Source: Amoebidium appalachense | Lineage: Eukaryota > Protista > Ichthyosporea | DNA: 64,000 nt | Direction: 5' to 3' | Assembly: GCA_963693365.1 (NCBI GenBank) | Contig: CAVNZM010000007.1 | Coordinates: forward strand, 10,289,962-10,353,961 | In this document: one piece after another, positions 47,120-60,271 of the stretch | Position numbering within the stretch: position 1 is the stretch's first letter | How the letters are laid out: each line of letters starts with the position of its first letter | Translations under genes and position numbers: made by a program | The notes under the pieces: model-generated | Databases searched by the model: none | Told to the model about the DNA's origin: nothing | Seen by the model: only the letters and a program-made list of their open reading frames with translations

Positions 47120-49927
47120 CCAGAAGCTTCAAAGGGAAGAAACTGCTAGTCCCGCCTAACCAAGTATTGGCCAGGTGGTGTGGGTGATCCTCGCCTGCAC
47201 GTACGTTTTGAAGCGGCCGCAGGACTCCTCGGGCAACTCAGTCTACTCATAAGGTCTGGTTTTGCTGCTAATAGAAGGCCAAAACCTACTAATCGGCTGT
47301 GGGCTATATGACCTTATAGGCTCACTCCAGCAGGGACAAATTACTGAAACTGAGTGCCCAACTGGCGAATCTCACACGGGCGCCACCGTGACTGGGCTGA
47401 GCCAAACCCGTCCCCAGGGCCCCATAAAGAATAAGAAAATACCTCAGTGCCAACACGGTGAGTCACGGTACCGGTGTTGAGGTGTCCTCTATTATAGCCG
47501 TATAAACAGAAACAATCTAGTCCACACTCCACATAGTGTAACGTGAAGGCATTAGCAAAACAGGTTGAACTTGTCGATCCCACACCACTAAGAATGCTGC
47601 CTTCAAGGCCACCTTAGGCCGAACGAGCTAGTGGAGAAAGGATGATGCACGTTAGAATTCATGATCCCAGCGAGAAGGGTGGGGCCAAGTTTGTCTAAGC
47701 TAGCTTGGCAGTGTCGCGTGCCAGAAAACTGGTAACCAAGCATGAACAAGCACTACTGGATAACACCGCGTTGAACTGGCGTTACACGGAGTGGCACCCA
47801 GGCACTAATACTGGGTAACGATATTTCATAATGAGCGGCTGTCACAGTCAGAATGCTGCTGGGGAAAGCCCCTGCCTTGCGAACGTTATGGGGTGGAAAG
47901 GAACAAAATCGATTTGCATACCACTGCTGTAGAGTTATCCGATTGGTTAAAAATTGAAAACGTATGACCCAATCAAAAACTTTTAACGGAGTTTTTTTTT
48001 TGGCGGGAAATTTCGTGATATTACAATAGGACGGTTCACATCGCAGGCCGCTGGCATCATGGTTGAGCACACCCGGCACACAGTGTGTATACGTATATAC
48101 GGCCCGTTCCAGTTTCTGAGTTTTCGCCTCGCTGTTGAAAACCTCATTTTCCTGTTTCTGTTTTCCCACATGTCTCATTGAAATGTTAGCTCATTTGCAC
48201 GCGCCATGTCGTCCAAGCGCTAGCGCTCTTATCTTACGAAAGACTTAGTGCACTTGGCGACCTGGGAAACCCGAGCCCAGGTCCCGAAAGCGAGCATACA
48301 ACCATGAATACTCGAAACTTGCAAAGAAGCGAAAAGAGGGAAGAAACATTAGACTAAAAGCTGAAAGTGAATTAATGGATTTTTTCTTTCCTGCTTTTCC
48401 TTAGCGTTTCAAAGTCACAGTGTTTTTTTCAACCGAGTTTCCAGTTGTGTAAACGGCAAAGGTTTTTTTTGGAATGCGTCGTTTGTAGCGATTGGTTGAA
48501 AGAGCACCATGGCTCCACGGCGTTGACCAATAGCAGCTCGCCAAAACCGCGGTAAATCGGCGTGCAAATCGATTTTGTTCCTTTCCACGGTCACCCCATC
48601 GTGCGCGGCATCATGAGAGGAGGCTCCGTTCAATCGCATGCTATAAATGCAGGTAGAAGTGGGAATTTCCATCTATCTGGAAACTATCAACGCAAGGACA
48701 GGCAAAAAATACCGGCCGGCTGACGCTGAAGATGTTGCAACCAATCCCATGGATATAGCAAACTGGATATATTTCTGTGTGCCAAACCTATACTGCCAGC
48801 TTGCACCATACAGTAACCTCACAGGTATAGGGACGAGTTTAAAAAATTCAAGTGAAAGATAACATCGTTGTGAAACACATGTAGCGTGAAACGAGCAGGC
48901 AAAAAAAAAAAAAAAATTGGTCCAAGTCAAAAAATACTTGGCTTTTAGGGATAACTTTGAGTCTAATAGGTCCGAACGATCGGGTCTATTTATAGAAAAC
49001 ATATTAATAGCTCCCAATCATAATTGTTCGCGCCAACTTTCTTCGGACCAATAAAGTCGGACCTTTGTTCAACCTAAACCAAAACAAAGCCCCAAATCGT
49101 GGCAGTACATCAAATTTAGAAACTGTACTTCACCAATATTTGTTGTTTTATAGCAAAATATGAACCTAACATATAATAAATTCAGAAAACATTTAGCGAC
49201 TTATGTTTAAGCTAAATTTGTTTTGTTTATTCTTGATTTTTTGGTAATAATCCTCTACATTATATCATTTTTATTGTGGAGCCTATCAATAAAAAGCCCC
49301 CAGCCATCCCAGTAGTCACCACCGTGAACCAGCTCACGAATGAGTCACGTCAACAGGGCATTCCTACATGTCAAGCACACGTACGCTGTGTGTATGTAGG
49401 TGCCCATCCTCGTTCTGCCGCGGCTGCCGCACGCCGAAGGGCTCACCGTTGCTTTGCGGAGGCGAACCATATTACTTTTGCTAATATATTCGAGAATCGA
49501 GACCTTGTGATTAAGTCTTAAAGCTTTATTTCCGGGAGCCCTGTTCTCTGTTCTCTGTCCTTGAGTCTTTTCGTTCAAGCTTAGAGATGACATGGAAGTA
49601 ACCAAGTACCTCAGGGTGGGCCGATGAGTACCGGTGGTCGGGTAGGTGAGGGAGGAGAGAGAGGGAGAGGGGGGGGGGGGGGGGGGGAGGGGGGGGAGGG
49701 GGGGGAGGGGGAGGTGGGGAAAAGATGGGGGAGGGGGTGGGAGGGGGAGGGGAGGGGGAGGGGGAAGGGTGTCATGTTTTGTGGGTTGAGGGGAAGGAGG
49801 GGACAGTTACCGTGTTTGATTTCAGTTTATGCCTAAGCCACTGGTGGTTGGTGTTGCTGGATGTGTCACGGTGTGGTGTGTGTATGTATGTGTGCCGTCC
49901 GAGTGTGTGCCGCCCGGATGCGTGCCA

Positions 49928-49992
<65 letters not shown>

Positions 49993-50062
49993 TGTGTCAG
50001 TAACAGTTCTGTTAGTGAGTGTGTGTGTGTCAGTAACAGTTCTGTTGTGTGTGTGTGTGCTC

Positions 50063-50112
<50 letters not shown>

Positions 50113-51521
50113 GTAACAGTTCCGTTTGTGTGTGTGTGTGTGTGTGTTGTGTGTGTGTGTGTGTGTGTGTCTGTATATGTACATGTGTGTGTGTGTGCAC
50201 TGTATGTATGTGTGTGTGTGCGTGCGTGTGTGTCACAATGTGTCCCAGTGTGTGTGACGGTGTGTGTGCGTGTGCGTGTGTGTGTGCTGTGTTACACTGC
50301 GTGCGCGTGTGCGTCTGGGTGGGTGTCAGTGTGGTATGTTGTGTGGGTCCGACGCAGTGTGTCTGCACGTTTCTGTGTGTGTGTTTGCGTGTGTGTGTGT
50401 GCACGTGCATGTGGGGCCGTGTTTCCAGGCACAACACCACACCGTGGCATACAACAGTCTAGGAGCCACCAATATGCTACGACGCAGCGACCTCCCCCCC
50501 CCCCCCCCCTAATTCTTCGCCTTAGGCTCTCGCCCTTTGCCTTCTCCTTTTCCCCTTCCCCTTCGGATTCCCCTTTCCCCTCTTCCCCTCCCCCCCCCCC
50601 CCCCCCCCCTCAAACACACACACACACACAGTGACCACCACTTACCACAACGTCGTGAACCACCTACCACGAACATAAACACCTGCAACACCTTCACACC
50701 ACCGGCCGTGGTTGGTCGACGTCACTGAAACACACACATGTTTATGCCCAGTGCCTACGGCTAGTCAGGCTGCCATCGATTTCACTGTAATTACCTTACC
50801 ACTTTGGATTGTCTAGGCCCGTGAGAGCTTCCGTGCGCACAACCTGGCCGTGAACACACCTCGGTTACCACAGTCACTGTGGGGTGCGCGAGGGGGAGAG
50901 CGAGAGAGGGGGGGGGGGGGAGGCTTGAGGATCGATCGACACTGACTATGCCATAAGCAAAATGCAATGGATCTCATATGCATGGCAATGTGACAGAGGC
51001 TAGAGGCTTTGTGGATATGGTCTGGTTAGTTTTCATCATCTTGCGGAGGATATGTGGTTTTTGATACTTTTGAGGCGCCTTATGACCGTGAAGATGGGAA
51101 ATAAGGCAGAACTTGTGTTTGGCAAGTTAGCCGTTGCTAATATCCGTTGAAGGTAATATCAGATGATAGTTGGCTGAAAATAAAATTATAATGAAGCGAT
51201 ATGTGCATCTGAGGGCGGGGTGGTAGTGGAGTCCCACCCCCATGGTGGCTCCACCCAGGGGGGAGGAGAGGAGGGGGAGGGCGGGGCGGGGGGGGGGGGG
51301 GGGAGGGGGGCGCGAGTTATAGCAGCACTGAAAATGATCCCGGGGCCCTGCGAGTCAAGTTGAAGGGAATCATGGGAGGAACCGTTGCTCAGAGTCTCTT
51401 CTTCTGCCGGGATTCCTTTTTGCTTTAGTATTTGGAGGTGTAGGACATAGGGAGAAAGGTGTTACAAAAGGACTTTAGGAAGAAGCGGGTGGGGGAGAAG
51501 AGGTGTATACATGGGGGTGGA

Positions 51522-51556
<35 letters not shown>

Positions 51557-53190
51557 CTGAATTATCCACAGTAGTTGTGCCTCCTTGAGATTATTCATCT
51601 GCTCGAATTGCACGATGCAGGCCGTCTTCCTGTCAGAGCCGCGGCCGTCCGCCGGAACATATACTTGCTTTCCATTCACGAAGTCTTCTCTGTACATGTA
51701 CTTCCCCACCCCGAGGCTCTCTCTCTTTCTCTCTTTCCGGCTGAAAGATCTATCCGCCGTTTTGTTTCCTTGTACTTGTCCGTGCGTTTGAAGCCTTCTC
51801 TAAACAGAGTCATGGGAAAAAAACAACAGGTCTTATTACAGTAGTAAGGCCGCCATAGCGCGATATGCCATTGGTCGAGTCACAGAGGGTTAAACGGGCA
51901 TCCATGGGAACACATAATCGCTTGCCTACACTGTTGCTGTCGCCTCTCTGTGCATCATCTAGCACAGAGCCTAGTTTGATGTACGGATGCTGTAACCATT
52001 GGCAGGGCACGTAAGGGCAATGCCACGCGCATCTAAATATGGAGCACAATGCTCATATCCTATTGGCTGCTATTTGGATTGCCGCATATATATCAGGCCG
52101 CCATGGCCGCAAAAGCCTCCCTCTCCCCCCCCCCCCCCCCCCTCCCCCTCCCCCCAGCCCCCCCCTTCCTTATCAATCGTTTCAAAAGGTGTCATGTGAA
52201 AGGCTGAAATGTGATGTGTCCAGTCGTGTGTGAAAGACAACGTACCAATCCACAGTGCGCGCGTGGTTAAAGGGTCCTCAGGAGCCAATCATAGCCAAGT
52301 GCTAAAATTATGCGGGCACATCCTGCTCTAGCTGCCAGTGAGCTGGGTAAGGGACTTATGTACGACTTTAACTCGGACTCGCTGATTGTATAATATTGGC
52401 AAATAGTTGTGCGCATGACCCCAGTACCGGCTAAGTTACTTGTTCACATTAGCAAGTCCTGGTCAGATTAACTGGAAGGCGGAAGAGTATTTCGGGGTCC
52501 CGGTGTTTTCAGGCTTCATATCTCACTTACAGATGGTACTTATCTGAGGCCAGATACACACATAGTCAGTGTACGGTGTCCACGTCAGTGATATTCAGTA
52601 GTTGAACATTTTACAAACCTTAACTTAAGGCTGTGGTCAGCCTGCTAAAATGAAGAACTAGGGCAGCCTTTGAACAGAGCTGGGCCTTGTTTGGCATGCC
52701 TAAGATTTGCGGCTGGAAGCACTTGGCCACAATTGTAATAGCCGTCTTGTATGAAAGGCGGCAAACTTTAGCGCGTTGCAATATATTTCTCAGGAACATC
52801 CTTATCTTCACAACAACTTTAGGAGTGCTCGTTTAAAATTTAGTAGATTTCATATTATTGTGCACGTCGATATGTACTATCCACATCAGAGCACACCCAT
52901 CCATGTACATACCTAAACATACACGGCCAATTGTTAGCGCGCAACACCTTAAAGGTGAGGTGCACGCTGATATCGTCCATGTTAAGGTGCACACTGCTCA
53001 CTCTCACACTAATTCATGACAAGCCTCAGTCTGGCAGGAGAGAACAACTTCCCCAACGGAAAATACTTGACCGTGTTTGTCCGCGTCCAACATTGTCCAC
53101 AAACAAGATCAAGCCAAAGCCAATAAAATTGCCAATACATTTAAGACTCGTACATTGACAGGCTCATTTTCCTACGACGGCCCGGGGGCC

Positions 53191-53221
<31 letters not shown>

Positions 53222-55758
53222 AAGCAGATTTCACACGAAACGAACTGGAAGTTAAGCATTAATTGCGTAAAGTTTCATAGTATTGTTTTCGAACCTTACG
53301 GTAGAATTCTTTTTTTTTCATCTCGTTGGATATCCGGTGAAGCTATCTCAGTGAGCATCTCGTTATGTGTCTATAGCAACTGTACTACATATATATCCAC
53401 TCTTAATTTCGATTGTCATATTGCCTACAGATTCCGAATTCCTGTTCGTCTCCCTTAACGCCTAGATCCTATTGTGACTGCACCAGAGCACGCATGCACA
53501 CACACACACACACACACACACGGCGCGCGCGCACGCGCGCACGCACGCACGAAAACATACACACGTGCACGCAGACACGTACGCACGTACGCACGCATGC
53601 ACGAACGCACACATGCACGCATGCGCGCACGCACACACGCACGCACACACACACACACACGCACGCACTGCGGCACGCACACAGAGAGACTCTCGGAGAC
53701 ATTCACTTTCACACAAACAGACGCACGTGCACACACACGCACACACACAAACACAAACACAAATACACACACACACCGTACTGCACACACACACAACATC
53801 TCCCCCCACTCCAACCCCACCACCACCACCACTACCCCCTGGCCCCTTCCCTTCACGTGCGTTATCACTTAGTTGGTCCCCCCAAACCCTCAAAACCCTC
53901 AAAAACAAAACCGTAGGTACGACACAACTTGCGTACACACATGCCATACTGACACGACACACACACACAGCTGCGCGTTGGCCGCTTGAACTAACAGCGC
54001 ACACCATTAGTGCACGACAATCCTCTTCCCCTCTTCCTCCCTTGTGACATTCGCCCTTCCCCCCCCCCCCCCGGGGGGGGGGGGGGAGGGGGGGGGAAGG
54101 GGGGGGGTTGTACAGGGAGGGGAGGGGGGGGGGGAGGGGGGAAGGGGCGGGGGAAGGGGGGAGGGAAGGAAGGGGGGGGGGGGGGGGGGGGGGGGGGGGG
54201 ATTGAAATCCACGCACTATCATAGGTGTATGCCGGCCACCGCAGTGGTGTGTGTGTATGCCCTGTGTACTCGACTAAGTGGATGTGCAGTGATGTCATAG
54301 TGGAGATTCAGGAATAGAGATTAGCAAATAGAAGGGCAGAGGCTAGGGGGATTGCCCTTAATGAGTAGCCAATATCATTCACATTAGAATGATGTAACGA
54401 GTTATACAAGGCCACCATCGGAGCCCACAATAAACAGTCTTTCAGATCAAGTTTCGTTTGACAGGGGGGAGGGGGTAAGAGGGTTGGTGTGCACTGGTTT
54501 TAGTTCCAGCAGCCACCGAGCAGTGTGTGTGCGTGTGTGTGTTGGGGGAGGGGGGGGGGGGGGGGGGAGAGGGGGGAGGGGGGGGGGGGGGGGGGGGGGG
54601 GGGAGGGGGGGGAGGGGGGGAAGGGAAGGAAGGGGGGGGGAGGGGGGAGACGCAGGCCACCGACCAAGACTACAGGCCCAGGGACGACAAATTATGAAAT
54701 CTGACCCGTTAATTGTAATCGTTTGGCGGGTCCCCGTGACCCCCGGTGGCCCGGCCTGGAAAATTGTAGGATCTCTAGCGCGGACGCACTAAACCGGCTG
54801 TACATAGGACATTAATGCCACAATGCGAATGCGATAGCAAGCCTGTTATGAAGTCACAAGGTTTCCCCGGCCCACTTACTTATTCTTTTTGTGTCGTCTT
54901 CTATGGCATGGTGACTTCTGTATTTGGCAAGGAGAGCATCTCATGATCAGTTCCCATACTGAGTGATAGATTACTAATGACACAGCCAAATTGGTCTCTA
55001 ACTTAAAGAGTCTTGGGCCCTGGAACGTGCGGGGGAGCGGGAAGGGGGGGGAGGGGGAGGGGGGGTACAGGGGAGCCTTTTATGGTCAGCCTGCCGTACA
55101 TAACCACATGACAGAGGGTCATTGTCTTGTGCCTGACACTATCACACCTTTCTGGTACTCTGTGGGGCCTGGCAGTGCTGAAGCTAATTTGTGGTGAAGA
55201 GGGATTTTTGGAGGGATTGCCATTTCTGGAAGCGATCTGATTGAGGTATGCAAGTTATAATTTGAATGTAGAGGGACCCAATGTGCATCGAATTCACAAA
55301 TTTGATCGTTGTGTGCAACAATAGTTACCAGTTTCAAGAAAGGAAAAATATCTGCAAGTTCTAATTTACAGCTTCTTTCACGGCCGCGAGACGTTGTCGC
55401 ACATTTGTTCGTACTGTGTGGGTAGCCTGCTATAGCTAGCCTACTGCGACATGCGCCTCCAACAAATTTTAAGGCAGATCCCAGACATGATTTTTTTAAG
55501 AAAAGCTCACTCATTGAAATCCTCGGGGCTTATTTGGAGTGCCGGGCTGGTATCTCGCTAGCCATTACTGGCTGCAATTCTCGTATTTAGTGCATGGCAC
55601 AACCACACACCATCCCCATTCCCCCCCCCCCCCCCCCCCCCCCCCTCCCCCCCCCCTCCCCTCCCCCGCCTCCCCCCTGGTGCTCCGGATAGTATCATAC
55701 AATTGCATCTACTACTATGTATGCCTCAGGCGGCATAACCAAGTTATGTCGACAAAAA

Positions 55759-55816
<58 letters not shown>

Positions 55817-56059
55817 TCCCCGGCTCCCCCCGGGTACCCCCTGTCACGGAATAATTGGAATTTGCACCAGGATCTTCACAATGCCATGGTTTATTTACTT
55901 GAAAATGTGCCAATTTGTGAAAGAGGTGAATAATAACAATATTAATTTCTCTACTGCTGATAGGTCACTAATAGTATGCATCAACGGTTTCGGTATAGAA
56001 ACATCATTAACACGACTGAAATCACCACCAAAACCCACGTTACGATAATACACAACGGG

Positions 56060-56113
<54 letters not shown>

Positions 56114-56252
56114 CTCTAATAGAACCCCGGCTCTTGCAAATTGACAAAAGTACAGAAACCTTTAGCTTATGTCCTTGAAATTATTCTAAGCCAAAACTTT
56201 AGTGTCCTGTGACAGGCGGCAACAGAGGAGAGGGGGTCCGGGGGGAGGTTGA

Positions 56253-56286
<34 letters not shown>

Positions 56287-56774
56287 GGTTGGGGGGGGGT
56301 GGGGGGAGGGGAATCGGGGGATTCATGTGAATGGAGGCTGGAGTCGACTCACTGCTCGTCGACGGTAGTATATCCAACTAGGAGCGGCAAGCAGAATTCT
56401 TGTGGGGAAACACATGACCGTGCACGTGGCACACCGGTGCTTAAATAGGCCAAAAGAGCCAAGTTAGAAAACCAGACTCTGTGCAGTCGGCAGGACTCGA
56501 GCTCCAAGTTGAACAACGGTTCGATGCCTCCCCTTCCCTCCCTCCCCTCCTCCTCCCCCCCCCCCCCTCTTTCCCCCCCCCCCTGCCCCCTTCACCCCCT
56601 CCTCCCCCCCCCCCCCCCCCCCCCCCTCCCCCCCCCCCCCCCCCCCCAAAATAGTAATAATAATAATAATAAATAACACAAACAACAACAACAACAAAAA
56701 AAAAAAAAAAAGAAAAAAAAAGAAAGAAAAGAAAGAAAGAAAGAAGAAAAGGCCAAACATGGCATGCATCGGCC

Positions 56775-57347
56775 CCTTCCACCCACACACCCCAAAATGC
56801 ACAAACACAAACACCCCAACACCACTCGTAAACAAAAAGGTAGAGCCCCACCGAAACCCAAACCAGACACACACACACACCCAACACACACACAGCCAGC
56901 ATGCCCAACCTGCAGACACACCCACAGAACCAATCAACCATGTAACACTAGGCTCCTAGACCACTGCACCGTAGCCACACTCTATGTCCAACACCATATT
57001 CTGCTAGGTAGCAACCCACCACCACCAGTCCCCTCCATCCATCCATATTCCCCGTAGGCCCCACCCACCCACCACACCACACCACACATTCCACCACTTT
57101 AGACGAACCAATGAGAGCCCGGTTATAAAGTTTATTCGTACGTCTTGAGTGGAGGGGAAGCCTGGTGCTACCCACCGGAGTGGCTGGGGTGAATACCCTG
57201 GGCAAAGTGTGTGCAAATAGTTAGGATAGTTTAAAAGGTGTGTTAGCTTAGCTAAGATTAATGAGGCCGTAGCACCCTAGCTCAGTACTGTCGGTGCTGG
57301 GTGGAAGACTTGAGGGCCCAAAGGGTCCCTCCGGGGAACAAAACGGG

Positions 57348-57393
<46 letters not shown>
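56775..57393 (+). mobile_element. Non-autonomous poly(A) retroposon with 14-bp target-site duplication
   Basis: ggcatgcatcggcc at 56761-56774 and again at 57394-57407 directly after an A43 tract (57351-57393). Confidence 0.65.
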
Positions 57394-57398
<5 letters not shown>

Positions 57399-57473
57399 GC
57401 ATCGGCCAGGCCTCAATTCCGGACACATTCCCGATCCCTAGTAGCTGACCACACACTCCCCCCCCCCCCCCCC

Positions 57474-57510
<37 letters not shown>

Positions 57511-59183
57511 ACCCCCTCCCTCCAGCCCTCATGTATGCGTGAAACTAGTTTGCTCCAACTAGTCATATGCAGTTATGATGACCAGGCCACACTGCGCAAG
57601 AAGACATCATTGCTGCTGCTCCCCAAGAGGCCCCCCTCAAAACCTACCGGGGCACAGCAAGCAAGTCAGCCCTTTAAAGAGCAATGCAGACCAAATCTGA
57701 GCGAGAAAACAATCCCCACGGGCCCTCCCCCTAGAAAACCCGCAGAAGCTGTCTCTAACTCTTTGATAAGGTGGCCTAGTTGTGGCAGGACACACAGGAA
57801 AACACAACTACAGAATGCATGCAAGCAAATCTAGTCATTGCAATACTGCTGAAGGCTGAAAACACGGCAGCCACAAGGAAAGCTCCTCGACGACCCAGTA
57901 GCTACCCCTCCACTCACGCAGCGCAGAAGCAGTTGAAGAAGTTGCAGCAGCCCACCGCCAATAACTCGCGTAGAAGCGTAGATAGCGTGTAGAAGTCACC
58001 GTAAGTTGCATTGGGCCACCAGATGTCGAAGAAACCACTCCTCAAGCGAGAAACTCCGCGGAAGGGAGATGTCCCCACACTCTCACAACAGTAGGAATAG
58101 ACAAGGCCACACTACACACACACAGTGTCACGTTCCCCTGAGTGGGACCCCTTCCCGGATATTTAAAGCGGCCAAGAAAGTGCAACAATCCCCTATTTTA
58201 AGTATCTTTCGGATGATGCGCTGATAATTGCAGCGCCAATACTAGCTAGACTCGGTATGTTTGTACAGTAGGTTATAGTTAATCGTACGAGTAGTCCATA
58301 TCCCCATGGCGCTGTGTATGAATGTACGATAGGCTAGTCTAAGAGTCAGTATTATTAAACCTTCGTGGTAGTAATAAATATTGAGTGCTAGCCTATACGC
58401 TAGAGGCACACGATACTATACCAGAACGGCCATGGGAGCATTATACTCTTCACCTTTGGAGTAAGCCTGTGTGGTAAACTATGAGTGCTACATATATAAA
58501 CTGCCTACCACCTACTGAGGCGGTGTCTCCTTCTTTTTTTTAATTTTTTTATTTTTATTTTTATTAAGTAGATGTATAACGTCGCACGTGCGGCAACACG
58601 TCAGTACGTGTTAGATAAACTGCAGTTTTGCAGTGTTTAACAGTGGTACCTGGGTATACGTTTTCCTTATTGGCGTAAATAAAAGTGCACCGTGTGAGCT
58701 CCTATATACTATTAGACCATCATGATGATACCCCTCCCCCCCTTACTGCCCCGTAACGGTTCTCCTTGGAGTCACTCTCACCAGGTAGCCCACGTGCACG
58801 AGGGCACCCCTTATCTGCCAGGCACAATCTACGTGGGTTAACACGCACGCTCGCACACACACGTACACACAGGCACTAGGCTGAAGCACCCGTGTGCGTG
58901 CAAGCACACACACAGTGCTGTATTGCAAACTCAGTCTGACAAAAGGTACCATGCACGTTTGTCGCACGTGCACAAACACAGATCGACATAGCCCGCGTAT
59001 ACATGCGTCATGTCACGAACACATCCAAACAGCATATCTTGCGCATTTGCATGCTATGGTGTGTGCAAACACGCGCAAACATGCACGCACACACGCACGC
59101 ACACACAAACACACCCACACTCATGGCCTACAAAAGCACCCTTGCAACACACAAAAATAGCACACTCACACTTCCCTCGGTGT

Positions 59184-59214
<31 letters not shown>

Positions 59215-59689
59215 TTTCTTCCTTCCTTCCCCGAGCCCACCCACACAAGGCCTCACAGTACACACACGTGCATCCACAATATGCATATACAAACACACCC
59301 CATCACACAATCACATACAGAATGAGCCACACATACACATACAATCCATCAACTACACACACAGTGTCACACACCCATGCGGCGAAAAGCACACAAACAC
59401 ACACATTTACACATGCTCACGCACACACACTGAAGTTCAACCTAGAAGTGCGCCCTTAACTCCTTTCTTAGCACCACTTATCCATGAATCATGTCAGAAT
59501 ACTATTCCTGTGGCTGTCACATTGTATGGCTCACGGTAAAAAGGATGTTTGATTGAACACGTCTATGCTAGTGTGCCGAAGGGAGGAGGGGAGGGGAGGG
59601 GAGAGAGAGAGGGAGAGAAAAGGCACATGAAAGACCCAGCCTGTCTTAAATAGCAAAAAGTTTATTGTGGAAACTAAGTTTCCAACTAC

Positions 59690-59800
59690 AAACCCTAAAA
59701 TACTTGGTGTCGAATCGGCACTCCTAAAAAACCGTGCATTTGTCAGCAATGTTACAAGAGAATACAAAAGTTACATCCGACCTTTACGAAAGATCGTCGT
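59690..59800 (+). pseudogene. Short LINE RT C-terminal fragment
   Basis: KILGV...RAF..VTREYKSYIRP resembles the K.LGV and YKS.IRP.LEY motifs of LINE RT thumb regions. Confidence 0.4.
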
Positions 59801-59829
59801 GACCACAGCCCCCCCCCCCCTCCCCCCCA

Positions 59830-59865
<36 letters not shown>

Positions 59866-60271
59866 CCTCCCCGGGAACATGAAGGTTTGATGATTTGCAA
59901 ACTGGGAAACAAAGGAACCAAAACAAAACGCCGACAAAACTACTATCCCCCCCCCCCCCCCCCCCCCCCCCCCCTGGATAGACAATAGAAATAGAAAATA
60001 ATAAAAATATAAAAACAAAGGCGAATTCACGTCGCTGGCAGCTAGTCAAGGCGCCTCCTTCATGCATATGAATACTGCTGGTTGACACCAGCACACGGAC
60101 CAACCAGTCTCTACTTTCCAAAACACCACAACACACGAGAAGTCGAGGTTGCCCCCCTCCCCCCCTCCCCTGGCCACCCAAAATACCTTTTATCACTTAC
60201 CCCCACTCAATACACAAACTTAGGACCAGCTTAATACTAACTAAATTGCAAGAGAAATAACACATTTCAGT

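Noticed and set aside
57535-58224. Short plus-strand ORFs (also 48647-48862, 52620-52811, 55119-55514)
   Set aside because: No recognisable motifs or splice-consistent chain; possibly decayed TE sequence but unsupported.
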